Shown here in pieces: positions 38,684 through 46,853 of a stretch of DNA of 51,652 nt (the first letter of the stretch is position 1; each line of letters starts with the position of its first letter). The position numbers and the translations under genes are program-made. The notes below the pieces were generated by a model. That model searched no databases. It had not been told where the DNA came from and was given only the letters and a program-made list of their open reading frames with translations. This DNA is from Gemmatimonadota bacterium (GTDB lineage Bacteria > Gemmatimonadota > Gemmatimonadetes > JACCXV01 > JAHWKZ01), in contig JAICQP010000003.1 of assembly GCA_025937815.1 (NCBI GenBank), forward strand, positions 1-51,652, written 5' to 3'.

Positions 38684-39460
38684 TCAGCCGGCGACTTGCG
38701 AACCGGGCACGATCACGTTCGAGCCGTCCGGCAGGCGCAGGAGGGCCTTCCTGCCGCCGTCGTAGTCTTCGGCCCAGGCGAGCACCGGCACCGGCTGACC
38801 CCGGTAGCGGACCTCCCCGACGGGCCCCGGATCGGTCTCCGCGAGCGCGACGCGCCAGAACGGGTTTGCGGCTTTCTCCTCGCCCACCGTCGAAGGCGGT
38901 CCGTGACCGCACCAGAGGATCGTTTCGTCCGGCAGGTCGTCGAACACCTCCCGCACGGTTTCGAAGAGCTGCGCGGTGCTGGCGTCCTCGCCATCGGTGC
39001 GGCCGCTGCACAACCGGAACAGGAAATCGCCGACGAAGATATGCTCGTCGATCTGGTAGCTCACGCTGTCGGCGGTGTGACCGGGCGTGGCCGAGGCCAG
39101 GATCGCACGCGCCCCGAAGTCGAGGGCCTCGCCGCCGGATACCGGCCGGTCCACGTCGTATGGCCCCGCCGGGGGACCCACGACCTCCCCGCCGATCCTG
39201 GCTACGATCTGCTGGACGCCCGCGCAGTGATCGGGGTGGCAATGGGTGACGAGGACCCAGCGCACGTCGCCTCCCCACTCCTCCGCCGCCCGCGCCAGGT
39301 CGTCGATTCGGTCGCCTGGATCCACGATCGCCAGCGCGCCCGTGTCGTTGTCGCGGACCACGAAGCCGTTCGTGAGGAGCGAGTTCAGCACGAAGCGCTG
39401 GACCGTCACCCCGTGGGTCGCCGTCAGCTCGACGCCTTCGCTGCCGCAGACCTCGCTCAT
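38684..39460 (-). CDS. MBL-fold metallo-hydrolase with C-terminal extension
   Basis: ATGA overlap with kbl; THCHPDH, TPGHT, GDFLF, GRTD, GHGP, EEKAANPF. Confidence 0.85.
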   Translation of the reverse strand: MSEVCGSEGVELTATHGVTVQRFVLNSLLTNGFVVRDNDTGALAIVDPGDRIDDLARAAEEWGGDVRWVLVTHCHPDHCAGVQQIVARIGGEVVGPPAGPYDVDRPVSGGEALDFGARAILASATPGHTADSVSYQIDEHIFVGDFLFRLCSGRTDGEDASTAQLFETVREVFDDLPDETILWCGHGPPSTVGEEKAANPFWRVALAETDPGPVGEVRYRGQPVPVLAWAEDYDGGRKALLRLPDGSNVIVPGSQVAG

Positions 39461-40647
39461 GCCGCGATCACTCCCGCGGACGCGCCTACCTCGGCGATCG
39501 CCTCGACCGCGCGCTCCAGCTCCTCGTGCGAATGAGCCGCCGAGATCTGGCACCTGAGCCGCGCTTCCCCCTGCGGGACGACCGGGAAACCGAAGCCCGA
39601 CACGTACACGCCCCGCTCGAACAGCTCGTTCGACAGCCGGATGGCGAGCGCCGTGTCGCCAACGATCACCGGCACCACGGGATGGATACCCTCCCGCACG
39701 TCGAACCCCCGCTCGCTGAGCGCCTGCCGGAACCAGAGCGTGTTCTCCCTGAGCCGGCGCACGCGCGCTGGTTCCTCGTCCAGGAGGTCGAAGGCCGCCA
39801 GGGAGGCCGCCACGATCATCGGAGGGAGCGCGTTGGAGAAGAGGTAGGGACGCGACCGCTGCCGCAGGGTCTCGACGACCGCACGGGGGCCCGTCACGAA
39901 CCCCCCGGCCGCCCCGCCGAGCGCCTTGCCGAGCGTGCCGGTCGTGACCGGCACCCTGCCGTGGACGCCCTGCTCCTCGGCGGTCCCACGACCACGCGGG
40001 CCCAGGACGCCGGTAGCATGCGAGTCGTCCACCACGAGGAGCGCTCGCTCCGCCTCGCAGAGCTCCAGGAGGCCCGGGACGTCGGCCAGCTCTCCCTCCA
40101 TCGAGAACACCCCGTCCGTCACCACCACGCGATGCCGGGAGTGGTCCTTCCTCAGTAGATCCGCGAGCGCGCCCAGATCCGCATGCGGGTAGCGGTGCCG
40201 ACTCGCCTTGCAGAGCCGGATCCCGTCGATGATCGAGGCATGGTTGAGCTCGTCGGAGAAGACGGCGTCCTGCTCGTCCAGGATCGTGGCGAACAGGGCC
40301 TCGTTGGCGTTCCAGCAGGAGGTGTACAGGATCGCGGCATCGGCCTCGAAGAACTCCGCGATCCGGCGCTCGAGCTCCAGGTGCAAGGAGTCCGTGCCGC
40401 AGATGAATCGCACCGACGCCATCCCGAACCCCCACTCCTCGATCGCGTCCCGGGCCGCCTGGCGGATCCGTGGATGATTGGCGAGCCCCAGGTAATTGTT
40501 CGAGGTAAGCATGATCACCTCGCGCCCGCCGACCACGACGTCGGCATCCTGCGGGCCTTCGAGCTCGCGCTCCACCTTGTACGTGCCCGCCTCCCGGAGC
40601 CCGGCGAGCTGGGCCTCGAGGTGCGTCAGCATATCGTCATGCGCCAT
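39457..40647 (-). CDS. kbl: Glycine C-acetyltransferase (2-amino-3-ketobutyrate CoA ligase)
   Basis: NNYLGLA, GMASVRFICGT, SDELNHASIIDGIRL, TLGKALGG, RQRSRPYLFSN; adjacent to tdh. Confidence 0.95.
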   Translation of the reverse strand: MAHDDMLTHLEAQLAGLREAGTYKVERELEGPQDADVVVGGREVIMLTSNNYLGLANHPRIRQAARDAIEEWGFGMASVRFICGTDSLHLELERRIAEFFEADAAILYTSCWNANEALFATILDEQDAVFSDELNHASIIDGIRLCKASRHRYPHADLGALADLLRKDHSRHRVVVTDGVFSMEGELADVPGLLELCEAERALLVVDDSHATGVLGPRGRGTAEEQGVHGRVPVTTGTLGKALGGAAGGFVTGPRAVVETLRQRSRPYLFSNALPPMIVAASLAAFDLLDEEPARVRRLRENTLWFRQALSERGFDVREGIHPVVPVIVGDTALAIRLSNELFERGVYVSGFGFPVVPQGEARLRCQISAAHSHEELERAVEAIAEVGASAGVIAA

Positions 40648-41746
40648 CGCCGTTCTTTCCGTGCGGATAGAAGACCACCTTCAGAGCCTCGTGCGCGTCG
40701 AACGCCTCCATCCCCTCGATGAACGCGTCCAGTCCCTCGTACTCGCGAGAGACCAGGGGTCGCAAGTCGAGGCCGTCCGCCAGGAGCTCGAGCATTCGAT
40801 CCCAGGTCGAGAAGATCCGCCGCCCGATGATCGCCTGCAGCGAGAGGCCCTTGAAGATCAGATCGGCGGCGAAGCGCTCGATCGTCACCCGTTCGTTGGT
40901 CGGGATCCCGAGCAGCGATACCGCGCCGCCCATGCGCGCGATGCGCAGCGCCTGATTGATCGCGGCCTCCGCGCCCGACATCTCGAGGACGAGGTCCACC
41001 CCGTCGCCGGTCTCGTCCCGAATGCGCTCCTCGACCGCCGCGGCCTCCTCTCGCCCCGTTCTCAGAACGGTGACGTTGTCGGCCCCGGCAGCCCTGCGCC
41101 ACCGCTCGGCTTGCGCGATCGCTTTATCGCTGACGTCGATCAGATAGATCCTCGCGGCGCGCTCGTGATGCGCGATCGCGGCCGCCATGGCGCCGATCGG
41201 CCCGTACCCCGTGATGGCGACGGATGTGCCCTCGAGCGCATGGTCCTGAACCGTGTGCACCGCGTTCCCCAGCGCGTCGAGGAAAGAACCGATCGCGAGC
41301 GGGACTACAGTGCGATCCAGACGTACGACGTTCCTTGCGGGCACGATGACGTACTCCGCGAACGAGCCATCGGCGTGGAAGCCGATGATCCGGGTGTTGC
41401 GGCAGACGTGGCCGTCGCCGGCCAGGCATTGCCGGCACACACCGCACGTCACGTGCATCTCCGCCGAGGCGTAGTCGCCCTCCCGCAGATCGGTACGCCC
41501 CGCCTGGGCGCCGACCGCGTCGATCTCCCCGCAGAACTCGTGGCCATAGATCCGCGGCGGGAGGACCATCTCCCGAACGGTGGAATCCCAGTGATAGATG
41601 TGGCGATCGGAGCCGCAGATCGCGGTGGCGCGGACCTTGAACCGGACCTCGTCCGCGCCGGGCTCGGGAACGTCGACTTCGCGGACCTCGGTGCCCGCCC
41701 GACCCCCTCGCTCGTCCACCTTCACGACTGCCCGCATGCTCTTCAT
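40637..41746 (-). CDS. tdh: L-threonine 3-dehydrogenase
   Basis: ICGSDRHIYHWD, GHE, CGVCRQC..C, LGNAVHT, GPIG, LEMSG; adjacent to kbl. Confidence 0.9.
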   Translation of the reverse strand: MKSMRAVVKVDERGGRAGTEVREVDVPEPGADEVRFKVRATAICGSDRHIYHWDSTVREMVLPPRIYGHEFCGEIDAVGAQAGRTDLREGDYASAEMHVTCGVCRQCLAGDGHVCRNTRIIGFHADGSFAEYVIVPARNVVRLDRTVVPLAIGSFLDALGNAVHTVQDHALEGTSVAITGYGPIGAMAAAIAHHERAARIYLIDVSDKAIAQAERWRRAAGADNVTVLRTGREEAAAVEERIRDETGDGVDLVLEMSGAEAAINQALRIARMGGAVSLLGIPTNERVTIERFAADLIFKGLSLQAIIGRRIFSTWDRMLELLADGLDLRPLVSREYEGLDAFIEGMEAFDAHEALKVVFYPHGKNGDGA

Positions 41747-42720
41747 TTCGTCGAGGCGCCGGCGACCCTGCCGGGCGCCTCTCCGACGCGCTCGAGATAG
41801 CGCTCGGCGTCGATGGCGGCCTTGCAGCCAGCGCCGGCGGCCGTGATCGCCTGCCGGTAGGTGTGATCGTGGACGTCACCGCCTATGAAGACACCCTCGA
41901 CGTTGGTCAGCGAGCGGCCCGGATTCTGCGGGACCAGGTACCCCTGAGCGTCCATCTCCAGCTGATTCTCGAAGATGGCCGTGTTGGGGATGTGGCCGAT
42001 GGCGACGAAGACGCCATCCACCTTCATCTCCCACCGCTCTCCCGTCTCGTGATTCCAGAGCCGCACGCCCTCCACCTGGCTCCCACCGAGAACCTCCGTA
42101 ACGTGGGTGTTCCACAGAAACTCGATCTTCTCGTTGGCGAACGCCCGCTCCTGCATGATCTTGCTCGCGCGCAGCTCATCACGACGGTGCACCACGTGAA
42201 CACGGCGCGCGAACCGCGTCAGGAACAGCGCCTCTTCCATCGCGCTGTCCCCGCCGCCGACGACGACTACTTCCTGATCGCGGAAGAACGCCCCGTCGCA
42301 GGTCGCGCAGGTCGACACCCCGTGTCCGACTAGACGCCGCTCGCCGGGCACATCCATCATCCGCGCGCTGGCGCCCGAGCAAACGATGAGGGCCCGCGCT
42401 CGGTGCGGCTCGCCCTCGATTTCGACGACGAACGGACTCGCGGAGAGATCGACGGCGGTTGCGTCACCGGCTGCGAACCGGGATCCGAACCGCTCGGCCT
42501 GCCGACGCATGCGATCGATCAACTCGGGCCCGAGGATGCCCTCGGGGAAGCCGGGGTAGTTCTCCACCTCGGTGGTCAGCGAGAGCTGGCCCCCCGCCTC
42601 GACCCCCATGACGACGAGGGGCTCGAGGTTCGCCCGCGCGGCGTAGATCGCCGCCGTCAAACCCGCGCACCCCGACCCCAGGATGATGACGTTCTCGACG
42701 GCCCGCGGACTGTCCGTCAC
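41743..42720 (-). CDS. trxB: Thioredoxin-disulfide reductase
   Basis: GSGCAG, GGQL..TTEVENYPGF, CATCDG, GGGDSA, YRQAITAAG. GTG at 42720 overlaps the upstream stop. Confidence 0.96.
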   Translation of the reverse strand: MTDSPRAVENVIILGSGCAGLTAAIYAARANLEPLVVMGVEAGGQLSLTTEVENYPGFPEGILGPELIDRMRRQAERFGSRFAAGDATAVDLSASPFVVEIEGEPHRARALIVCSGASARMMDVPGERRLVGHGVSTCATCDGAFFRDQEVVVVGGGDSAMEEALFLTRFARRVHVVHRRDELRASKIMQERAFANEKIEFLWNTHVTEVLGGSQVEGVRLWNHETGERWEMKVDGVFVAIGHIPNTAIFENQLEMDAQGYLVPQNPGRSLTNVEGVFIGGDVHDHTYRQAITAAGAGCKAAIDAERYLERVGEAPGRVAGASTK

Positions 42721-43367
42721 TGGGTGGAGGCCGCCTCCGCGCTGGCGGAGGTGTCGGCTTGCCCCCTGATCTGAAGCTTCGCCAGCCCCACGTCGGCTTC
42801 CCGGAACGCCTTGCGGATCCCGACGAACTGCTGCGCGAGCTCGGCTACCGGCAGCACTCCAGGGATCTCGACAGTCGCGCTGGTGCGTCCATCGGATGCG
42901 GAGCGCGTCGAGACGCGGGCGTCGGGGGACACTGAATGCACCAGCTCCTCGACCTGCTTCTGTCGCGGCCGGTAGGACTTGCGCGGATCGGTATTGAACT
43001 CGACGCCGAAGGGAATCGCGTAGGTGACGGCCGGAGTGGCCCATTGGCCCAGCGCGGCGGGATCCGATCCGGCGCTCGCCCTCTCGTCATCCCCCTGGAG
43101 GACCCTGAGCGCCTCCGTGGAGGTGACCTCGAGGTCCGGCGCCCGCTCCGCGGCCAGCTCGTGCTGGATCGTCCAGCCGGCCCGGTCGTCCGTCACCTGG
43201 GTCGTGAGCCGGTAGCTGCCGCTGCCATCCCCCCGATCCTGGCCCACCCACTCGGAGCTCACTTCCAGTGTGGCGCCGTCGAACGCCGGGGCCGTCTGTG
43301 CGCGCCCGGTGGCGGGCGCGAGGAGGACGGCCCCAAAAAGGGCCAACTTCACGGCGGACTTGGGCAT
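42717..43367 (-). CDS. Hypothetical exported protein
   Basis: Signal peptide (ARA-Q cleavage-like site), GGAG RBS, coupled to trxB. Confidence 0.65.
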   Translation of the reverse strand: MPKSAVKLALFGAVLLAPATGRAQTAPAFDGATLEVSSEWVGQDRGDGSGSYRLTTQVTDDRAGWTIQHELAAERAPDLEVTSTEALRVLQGDDERASAGSDPAALGQWATPAVTYAIPFGVEFNTDPRKSYRPRQKQVEELVHSVSPDARVSTRSASDGRTSATVEIPGVLPVAELAQQFVGIRKAFREADVGLAKLQIRGQADTSASAEAASTQ

Positions 43368-43444
43368 AGCGCGGCTCTCCCTGGGGGCGTTGGGTTAAAC
43401 GCGCCCCGGCAAGGGCACGTTCTCCTGATATGGAGGCGAACGAA

Positions 43445-43467
43445 CGGGGAGCGGACCCCGCTCCCCG
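43445..43467 (-). terminator. Hairpin downstream of the tRNA, probable terminator
   Basis: CGGGGAGCGG-ACC-CCGCTCCCCG followed on the minus strand by TTCGTT. Confidence 0.6.
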
Positions 43468-43474
43468 CATCGAC

Positions 43475-43550
43475 TGGTTGGCCCGCCTGGACTCGAACCA
43501 GGAGTCTCTTGATCCAGAGTCAAGCGTGTTGCCAATTACACCACGGGCCA
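43475..43550 (-). tRNA. tRNA-Gln (anticodon CTG)
   Basis: TGGCCCG/CGGGCCA acceptor stem, D-loop TGG, CTTGA-CTCTGGA-TCAAG anticodon arm, GGTTCGAGTCC, encoded CCA. Confidence 0.97.
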
Positions 43551-43561
43551 AGCAGCGTGAA

Positions 43562-43590
43562 AAGGTAGGCAGAGCTAACGTGGGCGGCAA
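43562..43590 (-). promoter_or_regulatory. sigma70-type promoter for tRNA-Gln
   Basis: TTGCCG, 17 bp, TACCTT on the minus strand. Confidence 0.5.
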
Positions 43591-43611
43591 CACTCTCAGG
43601 AGGATCCCGAA

Positions 43612-44049
43612 ATGGCGAGAATCCCCGTGCGGCTGGCGCTGTCCGCGATCCTTCTGGCGGGAGTTGGCTGCGATGACAGCACCACCCTGGTGCTGGAGCC
43701 CAACCCGGCGGTACGGATCGTGATCGACACTTCCAGGTGTCCCACGATCGACAGGTGCAGCTCGTGCATTCTGGAGACCGACGCCTTCGACAAGAACTCG
43801 CAACCGGCCCCGTTCCCGACTCTGATCTGGTCGTCGGCCAACGAGACCATCGCCACCGTGGAATCGCGCTCCGGCGGGGAGGCCAGGGTAAACGGCTGGA
43901 CGACCGGCGCGACGGTGATCTCGGTGGAAGTGCTCGAGACGGGGGCATCGGACGAAACGGAGGTGGCGGTCGTGCCGTCGATGATCAACTGCCAGCCCCC
44001 AGGGGCGAACCGGAACGATCCGGTTCCGAACGGGACGCCCGCGTCATGA
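43612..44049 (+). CDS. Ig-like (Big_2-type) lipoprotein 1
   Basis: AGGAGG RBS; lipobox GVGC; WSSANETIATV...G.T.I.V; 4 mature Cys. Confidence 0.75.
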   Translation: MARIPVRLALSAILLAGVGCDDSTTLVLEPNPAVRIVIDTSRCPTIDRCSSCILETDAFDKNSQPAPFPTLIWSSANETIATVESRSGGEARVNGWTTGATVISVEVLETGASDETEVAVVPSMINCQPPGANRNDPVPNGTPAS

Positions 44050-44423
44050 GAACCCGCAGGATCCCCTGCGGATGCCTCCTGCTGGCCGCAGGCGCGCTCC
44101 TGGTCGGGGGGTGCGACGAGAGCTCGACCGGTCCGCCCGGGCCGCTTCCCGCCGTCAGCGTCGTCATCGTGCCATCGAGCTGTCAGGGCCTTCATCTGTG
44201 CGGCCAGTGTCCGATCGAGGTCCTCATCTTAGACAAGAACTCCAACCCCACGCAGGGCACGATCGCGTGGTCGACAGACGACCCCTCTATCGCGACCGTG
44301 AACGAATTCGGCCGCTTCCACGGAGTGCGCCGGGGGTCGGTGCTCGTCCGCGCCGAGGTCGTGGAGAACGGAGTCTTCGACGAGGAGAGATTCGATGTTC
44401 CCGATTGCTCGCTCGGCCTGTGA
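44046..44423 (+). CDS. Ig-like (Big_2-type) lipoprotein 2
   Basis: ATGA overlap; lipobox VGGC; WSTDDPSIATVNEFG...G; 4 mature Cys. Confidence 0.75.
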   Translation: MRTRRIPCGCLLLAAGALLVGGCDESSTGPPGPLPAVSVVIVPSSCQGLHLCGQCPIEVLILDKNSNPTQGTIAWSTDDPSIATVNEFGRFHGVRRGSVLVRAEVVENGVFDEERFDVPDCSLGL

Positions 44424-44491
44424 CCGGTGACTGGGGCGAGCGGGGCGAGTAGATTTCCACGGTCAACGTCATCCAAGGAAGGATCAGGACC

Positions 44492-44863
44492 ATGAAAATC
44501 CGAAGCACGATCCCCGCGGTGGTCGCGGCGGCGCTCGTCCTGCCCGCCTGCAGCGGAGACAGCGGCCCGACGGCCATCGAGATCCCGCTGGCGCGGGTGG
44601 AGATCACCGGCCCCTGTCCGACGGTGGATGAGGGCGCCACCTGTCAGATGACCGCCCGGGGGATTACAGCGGACAATCAGATCGTGACGAACGCGGTCCT
44701 CCGCTGGTCGTCGAATGCCAACTCGATCGCTCAGGTGAACAACGACGGCCGCGTCTTCGGACTGGCGCCGGGGACCGCGACGATCACGGTGGAGGCGTCG
44801 TTCGGCGAGGGGGAGGATACGTCGCGCGTGACCGTATTCCCTTGCCAGAAGAACTGCCCGTAG
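44492..44863 (+). CDS. Ig-like (Big_2-type) lipoprotein 3
   Basis: AGGA RBS; lipobox LPAC; WSSNANSIAQVNNDGRVFGLAPGTATITV. Confidence 0.8.
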   Translation: MKIRSTIPAVVAAALVLPACSGDSGPTAIEIPLARVEITGPCPTVDEGATCQMTARGITADNQIVTNAVLRWSSNANSIAQVNNDGRVFGLAPGTATITVEASFGEGEDTSRVTVFPCQKNCP

Positions 44864-44869
44864 GCGAGG

Positions 44870-46042
44870 TCAGCGCGTGCGCTTCAGCGCGCCGCGCCGC
44901 TTCGAATCCTCGAGCGCCAGCGCGATGAGCCGGTCGCACAGCTCGGGAAAGGGCACGCCGCTCGCATCCCATAGCATCGGATACATGCTCACGCGGGTGA
45001 ATCCCGGGATCGTATTGATCTCGTTCAAGTAGATCCGCCCCGTGCCGGCCTCGAGGAAGAAGTCGACGCGCGCCATCCCGCGCGCGTCGATCGCGCGGAA
45101 GGCCGCCAGAGCCAGCTCGCGGACGCGATCGGAGGTCTCGTCCGGCACGTCGGCGGGGATGACGAGCTGGACCGCGTCGTCGAAGTACTTGTCCTCGTAG
45201 TCGTAGAACTCGTGCCCGGGGACGATCTCTCCCACGACCGAGGCCTCGGGATCCTCGTTTCCCAGCACTCCGCACTCGAGCTCCCGGCCCTCGATCGCCT
45301 CCTCCGCCAGGATCTTCGTGTCGTAACGCGCGGCATCCTCGATGGCCGGCTCGAGCTCCTCCATGGTGTGGACTTTGTGGACTCCGATCGACGAGCCGCT
45401 CGCGGACGGCTTGACGAAGCACGGGAAGCCCACGCCCGCGGCGACCGCGCACCGCACGCTGGCCGGGTCGCGTCTCCAGTCCGTCCAGCGCACGACCCGG
45501 TACGGACCGACCGGCAGGCCGGCCGCAGTCCAGACCGCCTTGGCGATCTCCTTGTCCATGCCGACCGCGCTGCCGGTGATTCCGGCTCCGACGTAGGCCA
45601 CCTCCGACAGCTCGAACAGGCCCTGAAGCGCCCCGTCCTCCCCTGTCCGGCCATGGATCAAGGGAAACAGGACGTCCAGAGGCGCAACGTCGCCCCCGGC
45701 AGCGGCTTCCATTCGCTGGAGCCGCCCCTCCCGGGCGGGGTCCGCGAGAAGAGCTACGGTCTCCGTCCGGTCCACTTCGCCTTCCAGCGCGCCCGCCGAC
45801 TCGGCCCGCTCGATCAGGCGGTCGATGGCGTCCGACGCGATCAGCCAGCGGCCCTCCTTGGTGATCCCGATCTGCACCACCTCGTACTTGGCCGGGTCCA
45901 GGGCGCCCAGGACCGAGCGCGCGGACATGAGGCTGACCTCGTGCTCGCTGGAGCTGCCCCCGAATAGGACCCCCACCCGGAGCTTGCGCCCGGAGCTCAC
46001 GGCGCTATCCACCCGATGGTCCGAGTGCGGCTCACGCGGCAT
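44870..46042 (-). CDS. ddl: D-alanine--D-alanine ligase
   Basis: FGGSSSEHEVSL, HGRTGEDG, FVKP..GSSIG, FYDYEDKY, ARVDFF, NEINTIPGFT. Start could be GTG 46012 or 46000. Confidence 0.95.
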   Translation of the reverse strand: MPREPHSDHRVDSAVSSGRKLRVGVLFGGSSSEHEVSLMSARSVLGALDPAKYEVVQIGITKEGRWLIASDAIDRLIERAESAGALEGEVDRTETVALLADPAREGRLQRMEAAAGGDVAPLDVLFPLIHGRTGEDGALQGLFELSEVAYVGAGITGSAVGMDKEIAKAVWTAAGLPVGPYRVVRWTDWRRDPASVRCAVAAGVGFPCFVKPSASGSSIGVHKVHTMEELEPAIEDAARYDTKILAEEAIEGRELECGVLGNEDPEASVVGEIVPGHEFYDYEDKYFDDAVQLVIPADVPDETSDRVRELALAAFRAIDARGMARVDFFLEAGTGRIYLNEINTIPGFTRVSMYPMLWDASGVPFPELCDRLIALALEDSKRRGALKRTR

Positions 46043-46853
46043 GCCGGGCGAGGACCGATGTCAGGAGCCGGTGTGTCGCGGGGCCACCCGCGACGATCCA
46101 CCCCGACTCGCGATGACCGTACCCGCCCGTCCAATCCGAGACGAGGCCGCCGGCCTCAAGCACGAGGATCTCTCCGGCCGCGATGTCCCACGGGTTCAAC
46201 TCCATTTCCCAGAAGCCGTCCACCCTTCCGGCGGCGACATACGCCAGATCCAACGCCGCCGAGCCGGCCCGCCGCATGTCGGAGGACCGCACGAAGAGTT
46301 CGCCGAACGCGGCCAGATAGCGCTCCGTACGGGCCGGGCTCTTGAACGGAAAGCCGGTCGCGAGCAGCGGGCCCTCGCCCGGGTCACCGCCGTCCGTCAC
46401 CGCGAGGCGGGTCGCCGCGCCCGGCTCGCCGCCGTCGAGCCAGGCGCCCTCGCCCGCCCGAGCCGTGAACCACTCCGAACGAACCGGATCCAGCACCAGG
46501 CCGGCCAGCGGCATCTCCCCGTCGTAGAGCGCGATCGAGATCGCGAACATGGGAAACCCGTACACGTAGTTCGTCGTGCCATCGAGGGGGTCGACGATCC
46601 AGCGCAGGGACGCGCCCGGACGCCCACCCGACTCCTCGGCCACGATCGCGTGCTCGGGGAACGCGCGGCCGAGGATCTCCAGGATCCGGATCTCGGACCG
46701 GCGGTCCGCCTCGGTCACCAGGTCCCGAGGACGCTTGCGCACGGCCTCGCCGTGGCCGGTCGACTGCCATGCGGCAAGCAGGATACCGGCCGCCTCGCGC
46801 GCGGCTTCGCGCGCAACTTCGAGCGCTTCGGCAACCTCAGCGGCGTCAGCCAC
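46032..46853 (-). CDS. suhB: Inositol monophosphatase family protein (SuhB-like)
   Basis: DLVTEAD, EE, WIVDPLDGTTNY, RRAGSAALDL, PWDIAAG. Confidence 0.88.
   Translation of the reverse strand: MADAAEVAEALEVAREAAREAAGILLAAWQSTGHGEAVRKRPRDLVTEADRRSEIRILEILGRAFPEHAIVAEESGGRPGASLRWIVDPLDGTTNYVYGFPMFAISIALYDGEMPLAGLVLDPVRSEWFTARAGEGAWLDGGEPGAATRLAVTDGGDPGEGPLLATGFPFKSPARTERYLAAFGELFVRSSDMRRAGSAALDLAYVAAGRVDGFWEMELNPWDIAAGEILVLEAGGLVSDWTGGYGHRESGWIVAGGPATHRLLTSVLARHAA

Noticed and set aside
43585-43605. ACTCTCAGG, resembling a glycine riboswitch fragment
   Set aside because: The GGAGA and CCGAAG elements are absent, and the sequence overlaps an RBS and the tRNA promoter region.
43475-44863. tRNA-anchored genomic island or prophage
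   Set aside because: No integrase nearby and no duplicated tRNA 3' end seen; xerD looks like the housekeeping copy.
44870-46042. VanA/VanB-type ligase
   Set aside because: The omega loop FYDYEDKY is D-Ala-D-Ala type, and there is no vanH or vanX.
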